A DNA stretch of 64,000 bases from Microgenomates group bacterium GW2011_GWC1_46_15. GTDB lineage: Bacteria > Patescibacteriota > Microgenomatia > UBA1400 > UBA12028. The stretch is from assembly GCA_001002285.1 (NCBI GenBank), contig LCLX01000002.1:3827-67826 (forward strand), written 5' to 3'. The notes under the pieces were generated by a model, which saw only the letters and a program-made list of their open reading frames with translations, did no database searches and was not told the origin of the DNA. A program made the position numbers and the translations under genes. Shown here one piece after another: positions 35,517-44,094 of the stretch; the stretch's first letter is position 1, and every line of letters begins with the position of its first letter.

Positions 35517-36509
35517 TTATTTCTCCATCGCCTTTTGGAACGCGTTAAACTGGCGCGTGGGTTTTCCTTGCGCATCCAAAAAACTAAACAGGGTGAATGC
35601 GCCCGGAGCACCGCGCAGAACAAACGGCGTTACGGCACGGATCCGCGGGTCGGACCAAATATACGTCACGGCATACTTGTAGTACTGCGAAAGCCATCGG
35701 CCGGTCGCAGGCGTGTCCACCCAGCCGGTTTCGGTGATGTACACGGGAAACTGCCTGTTTGTGTAACCCCGCAAAAACTCGAGCTCATACTCATACCCGC
35801 GCAGGCTGGTTTTCCCTTTGGCAAGTGGGGAAGCGCTAAAGGCGGGGTTGGGGTAGGAGTGCGACGTCCAGCCGTCCAGCACATCTAAAACGCCTGGATT
35901 TGCTGCGAGCATTGTGCGCAAAAACGCGAAGGCTTCCATTGTTACACGACTATTGGGGGCGGCGAGGTCGAGGCCGGCGGGCAGCATAATATACCCGGCA
36001 TTTTCCGAGTGCAGCCAGTCCGCGGTAAACTGCAGGATGTTGCCATAGCCTTCGGGGTCAAGCGTGTTGCCCCACTCTGCAGCGTGGTTGGGCTCGTTGA
36101 ACACCACGATAATGCGCTCGTCGGGGTTTGGCCAAGGAAGCGCGGACAAAAAGCGTGTGAGATCAATGATATCTTTGCGCGTTGGCGTGATCCATGTGCT
36201 GCTTTCAACCCGCGTGGCTAGCCGTATGATTGGCTGGAACTTTTTGTCTTTTGCTTCAAGGAAAAACCGCACCCACTCGTCTTTTTTGCTGAGTTCATTG
36301 AGCGAAATCGGGATGGTTACATAGTCCCAGTTGTCTTTGGTGTCGGCCGATTTGAGCAGGGAAGCGGCATCGCTAAGTTCTCCGGGGTTCAAAATGTGCA
36401 CGCCAAGGACTTCGGCTGCAAAGATGGGACGAACAAACATCGTACCAGCAACGGCTAGTGCGATAAAAATCAGCAAAAATTGTAGTGTTCTCACATCCCT
36501 ATTGTACAC
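35517..36509 (-). CDS. secreted glycoside hydrolase, clan GH-A (GH5-like TIM barrel)
   Basis: Signal peptide; acid/base VVFNEPNH and nucleophile YITETGW motifs typical of clan GH-A. Confidence 0.55.
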   Translation of the reverse strand: MYNRDVRTLQFLLIFIALAVAGTMFVRPIFAAEVLGVHILNPGELSDAASLLKSADTKDNWDYVTIPISLNELSKKDEWVRFFLEAKDKKFQPIIRLATRVESSTWITPTRKDIIDLTRFLSALPWPNPDERIIVVFNEPNHAAEWGNTLDPEGYGNILQFTADWLHSENAGYIMLPAGLDLAAPNSRVTMEAFAFLRTMLAANPGVLDVLDGWTSHSYPNPAFSASPLAKGKTSLRGYEYELEFLRGYTNRQFPVYITETGWVDTPATGRWLSQYYKYAVTYIWSDPRIRAVTPFVLRGAPGAFTLFSFLDAQGKPTRQFNAFQKAMEK

Positions 36510-36600
36510 TACTTACCTCTGGAAAACCGGGGACGGAAAGAAAAACTTACCATGAACCGCTATGCAACAGCGCATAAACTCTGTACGATGGAACGATATG

Positions 36601-37251
36601 CAGAAACTTCTGCTGTGTTTGTCGTGGTTTGTGCTCACGGTCGCGCTGTTTGTCGCGAACGCTTCCGCCGTGCGCCTGCTTACCCACAAGCGCCCGCTCG
36701 AGTTCGCGCCGTCTACCGCTTCAACCGTTACCGCCCCGCTGGAGAACACATCGCCGGTTGGATCCGTTGGCATCAGCACGATTCTTGAAGCCCAGGACGC
36801 CCGCCCAGAAATCATCGCCGAGTTCTTGAAACGCCACGACTCGCCCCTTACCCCATATGAGCACTTCGCCAAGTTCATCGTGGACACTGCCGACAAGTAC
36901 AACGTGGACTACCGCCTGATTCCCGCCATCATGATGCAGGAAAGCAACCTCTGCAAAGCCATTCCCCCAGGCTCGTACAACTGCCTTGGGTTTGGCATTC
37001 ACGCCAAGGGCACGCTCACGTTTGACAGTTATGAAGAGAGCATCGAGCGCGCCACCCGCGAGCTCAAGGCCAACTACATTGATATCGACCTTACGACACC
37101 CGAGGAAATCATGACCAAGTACACGCCCGGAAGCAACGGCTCTTGGGCAGCTTCAGTGAATCAATGGATTGCTGAGATGGAGTATAACGACCGTGCCAAG
37201 GGGAAAAGCGAGAAAAGTGATGCGGATTTGACGGTATATACGGCACAATAA
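36601..37251 (+). CDS. secreted lysozyme-like / lytic transglycosylase-like protein
   Basis: Signal peptide from MQKLLLCLSWFVL; IPAIMMQESNLC...GSYNCLGFGIH resembles the SLT catalytic Glu-Ser region plus downstream G-x-x-G-(L/F). Confidence 0.4.
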   Translation, partial: QKLLLCLSWFVLTVALFVANASAVRLLTHKRPLEFAPSTASTVTAPLENTSPVGSVGISTILEAQDARPEIIAEFLKRHDSPLTPYEHFAKFIVDTADKYNVDYRLIPAIMMQESNLCKAIPPGSYNCLGFGIHAKGTLTFDSYEESIERATRELKANYIDIDLTTPEEIMTKYTPGSNGSWAASVNQWIAEMEYNDRAKGKSEKSDADLTVYTAQ

Positions 37252-37304
37252 CCCCTGGTTTTCCTCTGGAAATAGACCCAGAATAGTTCTCACCATACAG
37301 ATAC

Positions 37305-37333
37305 TTGACAATCCTATAACTATATTGTATAGT
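37305..37333 (+). promoter_or_regulatory. near-consensus sigma70 promoter TTGACA-17-TATAGT overlapped by 9-bp inverted repeat ATAACTATA/TATAGTTAT
   Basis: Read directly in the intergenic region; no CDS follows within 250 nt on this strand. Confidence 0.45.
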
Positions 37334-37386
37334 TATCAACAGATCTGAAGGTTTTCCCTGACGGGATTACGTTCAGGTTACAAGAG

Positions 37387-37412
37387 CCCCGACCGCAAGT
37401 CGGGTTTTTTGT
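37387..37412 (+). terminator. intrinsic terminator (CCCGAC-cgcaa-GTCGGG + T6)
   Basis: 6-bp GC-rich stem, 5-nt loop, six consecutive T; ~55 nt downstream of the promoter above. Confidence 0.55.
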
Positions 37413-37579
37413 ACCTACATCCGAGAAAGATCGGGACTCGGTTTTATACTCAAACTAACGCAGACTATATACAAACCGTGTCAAATCAACGGTAAGATCG
37501 GGACTTCCCCAAGGGTCTGATTCGCTTGCTCAAGAGACAAGTCCCGAACTCTCTCCGAGGTGTTACAATCATCCCAACT

Positions 37580-37666
37580 GCAGTGGTGGCGGAATTGGCA
37601 GACGCGCAGGGCTTAGAACCCTGTGCCCTTCAATAAGGCATGAGAGTTCGATCCTCTCCCACTGCA
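37580..37666 (+). tRNA. tRNA-Leu (anticodon TAG), type II
   Basis: GCAGTGG acceptor, GCGGAATTGGCAGACGC D-arm, anticodon stem CAGGG/CCCTG, loop CTTAGAA, long variable arm, GAGTTCGATCCTC T-arm. Confidence 0.85.
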
Positions 37667-37707
37667 CATGTCTTGCTTCCCCCTAATCTTCCGGTATACT
37701 AGCCTGT

Positions 37708-38718
37708 ATGCCAAAAACGAAGACCGCTCCAAAAAAATCAGCACCTAAGAAATCAACACATGTCGATGAGCATAAAGATGCCCACGATCACACCGGGCAC
37801 GACCATGCTCATGACCACAACCATGACCATAATCATGGTGCTCCCGCAGCTTCCGATGCAGTTCCGCAGTCTTCCTTTGTCAGTGAAAACATCAAGTTCA
37901 AACTAACCGCACCATGGGCAGAAATTCAGAAATCATACCAAATCGCGCTCGACTCACTCGTCAAAGACGCGGAAGTTGATGGTTTCCGTAAGGGTAAAGC
38001 ACCGCGCGCACTGGTCGAAGAAAAAATCGGCAAATCAAAAATTTACGAGGCAACGATTGATCTTGTGTTGCCAAAACTGTATTCCGCTGCCGTTCACGAG
38101 AAAAAACTCCAGCCAATTGTCGCGCCGCACATCCATCCTATTTCGCTCGACGAGAACAAAGATTGGGTGTTTGAGGTGGAAACCGCCGAAGCGCCGGAAA
38201 TGAAACTCGGCGATTACAAAGACGCTGTAAAAACAGTTCGCGCAAAAAACGCACTGTGGACTCCGGGCAAAGACTTAGGAAAAGATCAAAAAGGCGAACA
38301 ACCTAGCGAGGAAGAACGATTGAAACAGATTTTTGGCGCGCTCCTTGAACACATTCACGTGGTTGTGCCAGAAATTCTCATCCGCGATGAGGTAAACCAA
38401 AGTTTATCCCAGCTTGTTCGCCAGCTTGAAAAAATGCGGATTCCGCTTGAGGACTACTTAACCTCGGTCAGCAAAACCGCCGACCAGCTCCGCCAAGAGT
38501 ACGCGATGTCCTCGCTTGCTACGCTCCAGCTCGAGTTCATCATCTCTACCATTGCCGCGCAGGAAAACATTGGTGTTGAGGAAAAACAAGTAGACGAAGT
38601 GATCCAAGCACTGCCAGATGAAAATATCCGCAAGGCAAACAACACTCCTCAGCAAAGAAATAACATTAAGGCGAACCTGATTAAGCGCAAGACTGTGGAC
38701 TATCTATTGGCGCTGTAA
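37708..38718 (+). CDS. tig: trigger factor (N-terminal ribosome-binding and C-terminal chaperone domains; no PPIase domain) with His-rich N-terminal insertion
   Basis: GFRKGKAP ribosome-docking signature; 336 aa; N-terminal HVDEHKDAHDHTGHDHAHDHNHDHNHG tract. Confidence 0.7.
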   Translation: MPKTKTAPKKSAPKKSTHVDEHKDAHDHTGHDHAHDHNHDHNHGAPAASDAVPQSSFVSENIKFKLTAPWAEIQKSYQIALDSLVKDAEVDGFRKGKAPRALVEEKIGKSKIYEATIDLVLPKLYSAAVHEKKLQPIVAPHIHPISLDENKDWVFEVETAEAPEMKLGDYKDAVKTVRAKNALWTPGKDLGKDQKGEQPSEEERLKQIFGALLEHIHVVVPEILIRDEVNQSLSQLVRQLEKMRIPLEDYLTSVSKTADQLRQEYAMSSLATLQLEFIISTIAAQENIGVEEKQVDEVIQALPDENIRKANNTPQQRNNIKANLIKRKTVDYLLAL

Positions 38719-38820
38719 GTTTTCACCCAATCTGGTCTAGCTTTTAGCCCTATCCATCCCGCTTTCCTCTGGAAATCCCACTTTTATTTGACATAAAAAT
38801 TGTGATATAATGCCCCGAAT

Positions 38821-39501
38821 ATGGCTATGACTCAGTTAAAACCACCTGGCAACACAACCTCACAGTCGAACGGCGGCGCATCATCGAATAACTTCGCGAA
38901 GGCTCTTCTTGAGACCGGCGGTCATGTCGTGCAGTCCACCGTTGATAGCGGTGTCCAGATGGCGGCAGACGCGCTTGGTTCCTTGTTTGGCGCGGGTGGA
39001 TCAAGGTTGCCCGACACCTCACCGGATAATCAGAACGAAAACACGCAAAATAACCAGCGAAACGGTGAACAATCCTTCAACCAGGAATCCCAGGAGCAAG
39101 AGTGGAAAAAGCGCGAAATGCGCATGCTCCGCCATAGAGAAGTCCAACAGGTTGAAGTGTTCAACAAACAGGATGTTGAAACAAAACAGAAAATCGAACA
39201 GTTGCTCGAGCAGTTGAAGGCGTTGACCAAAGACTTGAGCCAAGCTGATCGCAGTGCGCGTGAAGCGCAAATCGCGGTCATGCAAGGCGCGGTCAATCCT
39301 GGCGAGTACCACGCGACATTTTTCGAAAAACTTATTAAAGTCGTGATGCTTCTGCGAAAAAAGGTTCAGGAATCCACATCGTGGATCGAACAGTTTAACT
39401 CAAGAAAATCGGCGCAAAAAGGCTACTGGGGCCAGTTCTACACGAACGGCACTCAGTGGTCGATGTCCCAAGAACGTTCTCTTGCCACAAGCGTCGGGTA
39501 A
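38821..39501 (+). CDS. hypothetical protein (Gln/Asn/Glu-rich, predicted coiled coil)
   Basis: 226 aa; low-complexity polar N-half, helical C-half; no motif. Confidence 0.4.
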   Translation: MAMTQLKPPGNTTSQSNGGASSNNFAKALLETGGHVVQSTVDSGVQMAADALGSLFGAGGSRLPDTSPDNQNENTQNNQRNGEQSFNQESQEQEWKKREMRMLRHREVQQVEVFNKQDVETKQKIEQLLEQLKALTKDLSQADRSAREAQIAVMQGAVNPGEYHATFFEKLIKVVMLLRKKVQESTSWIEQFNSRKSAQKGYWGQFYTNGTQWSMSQERSLATSVG

Positions 39502-39602
39502 TTTCTTTTTGTCGGTCGAAGATGGGGGCGAAATCAAGCCTGTGCATGCGGCGGGCAAAGTGTGGAAGTAGAGAAGTGGAGTGCAAAAAGTGAGAGGAAT
39601 AT

Positions 39603-40082
39603 ATGCCAAAAGAACAAGAAAAATCTACTGAAAGCGAACACGTGGTCGCTATTCTTGCGCGAGAATGGTCAATCATTGTGGAAGCCAACTTTTCTCAGTT
39701 GAACGAACATTATCCTGTTGGACTAAATACGACTATTGCGTGGATTGACCAACTTGTCCGTAGATATGGAATCGGACACATGAATGATATTACGCGTGCC
39801 GTTGATCTTCTCGCGCCAACGGTATGGAGAAGGAGACACCAACTTATCGTGCAAACACTTGACGCGCTAAATAGTGAACAACTCCGAGCGATATTGGCAA
39901 CTCACTCGTTCGCCGCATATTTTGGAAAAGAACTCACGTCAAAAGAAAAGTATGAGGCATTGCAGTGGACGGAATGGAAGTTGAGTATGTTGCCTAAAAA
40001 ACAGAATCAATTCATCAATGGATTGGCTGCCGAACTTTTTCAACACACAAAAGTTCTTCAAGATGCACCCGACTCTGTGTAA
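39603..40082 (+). CDS. hypothetical protein
   Basis: 159 aa; GGAAT...ATG with AGGAAT RBS-like context; no motif. Confidence 0.4.
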   Translation: MPKEQEKSTESEHVVAILAREWSIIVEANFSQLNEHYPVGLNTTIAWIDQLVRRYGIGHMNDITRAVDLLAPTVWRRRHQLIVQTLDALNSEQLRAILATHSFAAYFGKELTSKEKYEALQWTEWKLSMLPKKQNQFINGLAAELFQHTKVLQDAPDSV

Positions 40083-40114
40083 CATTCCACAGAGATGATA
40101 GAATATCCAAGATT

Positions 40115-40187
40115 GGGCGGTTGGCGAAGTGGTTATCGCGACTGATCGACATTCAGTAGGTCATAGGTTCGACTCCTATACCGCCCA
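40115..40187 (+). tRNA. tRNA-Val (anticodon GAC; apparent C33)
   Basis: GGGCGGT acceptor, GCGA/TCGC D-stem, anticodon stem ACTGA/TCAGT, loop TCGACAT, ATAGGTTCGACTCCTAT T-arm. Confidence 0.7.
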
Positions 40188-40201
40188 CATCTGCCCAAAC
40201 T

Positions 40202-40930
40202 ATGATATTTGCGGAACATTCTAGACGAGGAGTATGGCTTTCCGTTGCTGGCGTGATAGGAGTGGGGAAAACCACTCTTTTTGATCGTTTGAAAAAAGAG
40301 GTCCCAAATAGTCTTCTCTTTCGAGAGGAATGGGAAAGAAATCCATACCTCAAAGATTCATATAAAGAACACCCTTCTTCTGTATATCTTTCTCAACGTT
40401 GGTTTCTGGAAACAAAAGCAAAACAAATACGGACAATTCAGAAGGTATTGCGTCAAAAAGTTTTAATTCTTCAAGAACCCCCTTTGGGGGCAGATTTTGC
40501 ATATGCCGCAACTTTGCATGATGAGAAAAAAATTTCCGATGAAGACTGGGAGAAATATCTTAGGCGATTTCATTATCTTGCGAATACACTTCCACATCCA
40601 ACACTCCTTATATATCTTTCCGCTACTGAGGATAATGTGATGTCACGGATTAAACGTCGTGGGCGTGATTTTGAAGTAAATATGAAGGTTGAACATATCC
40701 AAAGGCTTATACAATACAACGAACAGCAGATTCGAGAAGAGCAAAAACATCATCCTTTAGCTGTATTATGCATCGCAACTAACACACTCAATCTTGCCGA
40801 TAATAATCCTGATCAGCAACTTGTGCTTCGCATGATTCAGGACCGATTACAACGGCTTTTCCCACCCAAGGAAGAACCCATGCGAACAAATGGCCATGGG
40901 CCAATACGAAGACTCCGCGGGAGACGATAA
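40202..40930 (+). CDS. deoxynucleoside kinase family protein
   Basis: P-loop GVIGVGKTT, EEWERNPYL...SY motif and LIYL...RIKRRGR lid region typical of dNK/dCK/dGK family. Confidence 0.55.
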   Translation: MIFAEHSRRGVWLSVAGVIGVGKTTLFDRLKKEVPNSLLFREEWERNPYLKDSYKEHPSSVYLSQRWFLETKAKQIRTIQKVLRQKVLILQEPPLGADFAYAATLHDEKKISDEDWEKYLRRFHYLANTLPHPTLLIYLSATEDNVMSRIKRRGRDFEVNMKVEHIQRLIQYNEQQIREEQKHHPLAVLCIATNTLNLADNNPDQQLVLRMIQDRLQRLFPPKEEPMRTNGHGPIRRLRGRR

Positions 40931-41150
40931 TTTTTTATGTCCGAAGAACAAGGATAACTCCCCCCTTCCGCCGGAAACATAACGTGTGATATACTTATTT
41001 TTAGTTATACATCTTCGCTGACCTGGCTACTAACCAGCGAGAAGATCGGCAACGTCACCGAATGGCGTGAATCAAGTCACACATCAGGATGGAACCGTCC
41101 GCACAACGCGGGCTCCTGAGCGGGGTGGCTTTTTTGTTATTTGGAGGAGT
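40931..41150 (+). promoter_or_regulatory. thrS 5' leader, possible T-box-like attenuator
   Basis: AGGATGGAACCGTCCG (41086-41101) resembles T-box consensus AGGGUGGNACCGCG; it is followed by hairpin-capable GC-rich sequence and a T-tract (TGGCTTTTTTGTT) abutting the thrS RBS. Confidence 0.25.
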
Positions 41151-42908
41151 ATGGCACAACATAATGATATGGATAAACAGCAGTACGACAACCTGCGTCA
41201 TTCGTGCGCGCACCTTTTGGCAAAAGCCGTGCGTGAACTTTGGCCGGGCGCCCATAACGCTATTGGGCCGGCTATCGAGCATGGTTTCTATCAGGATTTT
41301 GACATGGGAGATGTGAAAATTTCTGACGATGATCTTCCAAAAATCGAACACAAAATGCAGGAGATTCTTCCCAGTTGGAAAAAATTTACATTCCAAGAGG
41401 TTTCGCTTGAAGAAGCACTAAGGCTTTTTAAACACAACCCATACAAAGTTGAACTTGCACAAGAGTTTACTGCAGAGGGGAAAAAACTCCAAACGAACGA
41501 TCCAGGAAACTTTCTTGATCTTTGCAAGATGGGTCATGTGGATCACCCGGACAAAGAGCTCGTCCACTTTAAACTACTTTCGATTGCCGGTGCGTATTGG
41601 CGGGGAAATGAGAAAAATAAAATGCTCACGCGCATTTATGGCACGGTGTTTCCCACAAAAGAAGAATTGGAAACATACCTTCATCAATTAGAAGAAGCAA
41701 AAAAGCGCGATCACCGCAAGTTGGGGAAAGAACAGGAACTCTTTTTAATTAGTCCCTCGGTGGGTTCTGGCTTTCCATTGTATATGCCAAAAGGAGCGTT
41801 GTTAAAACGCACATTAGAAAATTGGCTCATTGCCGAAAAAGAAAAGCGTGGTTTTACGTTTGTCTGGACGCCACATGTTGCAAAAAGTGAACTCTATAAA
41901 CAATCCGGACATTGGCAAAAATATGACGCCATGTTTCAACCGATGAAGATCGACGAGGAAGAATACGTTCTCAAGCCGATGAACTGTCCGCATCATTTTC
42001 AGATTTACAATGCGCGGCCACGAAGTTACCGGGAAATGCCATTATACCTTGCTGAAAACGCAACCGTCTACCGCTATGAAAAAGCGGGAGAGCTCAACGG
42101 ATTGCTAAGAGTCCGCGCGCTCACGCAGGATGATACGCACGCGTTTGTCCGGCACCAGGATATTGGCATAGAGATTCAAAAAGTTATTGATTTGACGTTC
42201 CATGTGTACAAAACATTTGGATTCAATGACTACAAAGCACGTGTTTCAATCCGGGATAAAAAAAATCTAGATAAGTACATGGGAAATCCAGCTACCTGGG
42301 ATAAGGCTGAAACAGCATTGGTTGATGCTGTAAAAAAGCAACACGTCGAGTACTTTATCGGCGATGGTGAAGCCGCGTTTTATGGACCAAAGATTGATGT
42401 TATGGTGAAAGACACGCTCGGAAGAGAGTGGCAGCTCACGACGATTCAGCTCGACTTTATTCAACCGGAAAACTTCGACATGAAGTTTACGAACGAAAAG
42501 GGTGAAGAAGAGCGACCAGCGGTCTTGCACATTGCAATCCTTGGTTCAGTTGATAGATTTCTTGGAATCCTCATTGAACATTTCGCCGGTGCGTTTCCAA
42601 CATGGCTCGCTCCAGTGCAGGCTGTGGTTATTCCCATCTCTCAGGATCAAAACGAGTACGCGGAAAAAGTGCTTGGCGAGTTGAAGGCCGGCGGTATCCG
42701 TGCGGAAAACTGGAATGAAGCAGAAAGCATGCAAAACCGTATCCGCAAAGCTGCGGGTGAAAAGGTGCCATATATTTTGGTTGTTGGAAAGCGGGAAGCG
42801 GAAGGGGAAACAGTGGCCGTGCGCAAGAGGGGCAACGTTGATTTGGGCGCGATGAGGGTGGAAAAATTTGTGCAAAATGTGAAAGAGGAAGTTGAGAAAA
42901 AGGTTTAA
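41151..42908 (+). CDS. thrS: threonyl-tRNA synthetase (lacks N-terminal TGS domains)
   Basis: Editing/SAD HxxxH (HSCAHLL), class II motifs (FRAEE-like region, GSVDRF...), C-terminal anticodon-binding domain; GGAGGAG RBS. Confidence 0.9.
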   Translation: MAQHNDMDKQQYDNLRHSCAHLLAKAVRELWPGAHNAIGPAIEHGFYQDFDMGDVKISDDDLPKIEHKMQEILPSWKKFTFQEVSLEEALRLFKHNPYKVELAQEFTAEGKKLQTNDPGNFLDLCKMGHVDHPDKELVHFKLLSIAGAYWRGNEKNKMLTRIYGTVFPTKEELETYLHQLEEAKKRDHRKLGKEQELFLISPSVGSGFPLYMPKGALLKRTLENWLIAEKEKRGFTFVWTPHVAKSELYKQSGHWQKYDAMFQPMKIDEEEYVLKPMNCPHHFQIYNARPRSYREMPLYLAENATVYRYEKAGELNGLLRVRALTQDDTHAFVRHQDIGIEIQKVIDLTFHVYKTFGFNDYKARVSIRDKKNLDKYMGNPATWDKAETALVDAVKKQHVEYFIGDGEAAFYGPKIDVMVKDTLGREWQLTTIQLDFIQPENFDMKFTNEKGEEERPAVLHIAILGSVDRFLGILIEHFAGAFPTWLAPVQAVVIPISQDQNEYAEKVLGELKAGGIRAENWNEAESMQNRIRKAAGEKVPYILVVGKREAEGETVAVRKRGNVDLGAMRVEKFVQNVKEEVEKKV

Positions 42909-43207
42909 TTTAAGCGATTGTTTTCAGGAACACCATTATTCCCCGCATTCCCAAATCTCAATGCGATACCATCACCACTAATCTCCATACAAAATATGTC
43001 GAGTTTTCGTATGAGTCCAAGATATGTCGCAAGCTGAATGGGATTGCAATTAATATGTTGAGCAATAGTCCCTTTTGTCGCCCTAATAATTTCAAGTATT
43101 CGACATAACTCCGCGCTGTGCGTTACATCATAAAGTTTTTGTACTTCTTTATGAGAAGAAAACACAATACGCACACACCCTTGTGATAAATAATAGATTT
43201 CTGCCAT
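42905..43207 (-). CDS. hypothetical small protein with possible winged-HTH
   Basis: ~100 aa from MAEIYYL; segment GTIAQHINCNPIQLATYLG is HTH-like. Confidence 0.3.
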   Translation of the reverse strand: MAEIYYLSQGCVRIVFSSHKEVQKLYDVTHSAELCRILEIIRATKGTIAQHINCNPIQLATYLGLIRKLDIFCMEISGDGIALRFGNAGNNGVPENNRLN

Positions 43208-43281
43208 ATCTTCGTCCTTTTCTCTCCCTTGCCTCAAGGCGGGTATGCCCTGTATAATACACCTTTGGTAAAGGAGGAGTC

Positions 43282-43836
43282 ATTAGCAAGGTATTCTACA
43301 AGATTAATCAATTTATCCAGGCGAACGAACTGCGCGTGCTGGATCAGTTCGGCAAGCAAATTGGTGTGATGTCGAAAAGTGATGCCCTGCAAAAGGCCCG
43401 TGAGCTTGGAGTTGATCTGGTTGAGTTTGCGCCAAAGGCGGTGCCACCGGTTGCAAAGTTGATTAGCTTCTCGAAGTTTAAGTACCAGCTCCAGCAAAAG
43501 GAGCAAGAGGAGAAAAAGAAGAATAAGGTTTCGGATATCAAGGAACTTCGCTTCACGCCCATGATCGCGAAGGGGGATTTTGATTCGAGAATCAAGAAGG
43601 CGCGCGGATATCTGGAAGACGGCGACAAGGTGCGCTTCTCGATGGAGTTCCGCGGAAGGCTGATCGCCCGCAAAGAGTTTGGCGAGCGGATTCTGCAAAG
43701 AGCTATCGAACAACTCAGTGAAGTCTCAACAATTGAGATTCCGCCAAAGTTGATCGGCAAGTTTATGATGGTGCAGCTCACGCCGACAAAAAAGAGAAAA
43801 CAGACTGAATCGAAAGAAACCGAAGTAAAAGAATAA
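43282..43836 (+). CDS. infC: translation initiation factor IF-3, ATT start codon
   Basis: ORF track starts at GTG 43336, but the conserved IF-3 N-terminus (SKVFYKINQFIQANELRVLDQFGKQ) is in frame upstream. The only plausible initiator is ATT at 43282, 4 nt after AAGGAGG; an AUU start is the known hallmark of infC. Confidence 0.8.
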   Translation: MSKVFYKINQFIQANELRVLDQFGKQIGVMSKSDALQKARELGVDLVEFAPKAVPPVAKLISFSKFKYQLQQKEQEEKKKNKVSDIKELRFTPMIAKGDFDSRIKKARGYLEDGDKVRFSMEFRGRLIARKEFGERILQRAIEQLSEVSTIEIPPKLIGKFMMVQLTPTKKRKQTESKETEVKE

Positions 43837-43847
43837 GAAAGGAAAAT

Positions 43848-44066
43848 ATGCCCAGAAAACAACGCATCGGAGGAAAACAAAAAACACGGAAGGCCGCCGC
43901 GAAACGGTTTAAAATTACCGCAACCGGTAAGGTGATGGCACGTTCGCATAACATCCGCCACCTTATGCGCCATAAGTCAAAGCGCGCGCGCAGAGCAGGC
44001 GCCGTCCCGATTCAAATTAAAGGAAGATTCGCGAAGAAAATTAAACAGATGTTGGGATTAGCGTAA
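43848..44066 (+). CDS. rpmI: 50S ribosomal protein L35
   Basis: MPRKQRIGGKQKTRKAAAKRFKITATGKV typical L35. Confidence 0.9.
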   Translation: MPRKQRIGGKQKTRKAAAKRFKITATGKVMARSHNIRHLMRHKSKRARRAGAVPIQIKGRFAKKIKQMLGLA

Positions 44067-44094
44067 GATTGCAAACATAAAGTAAAGGAATATT

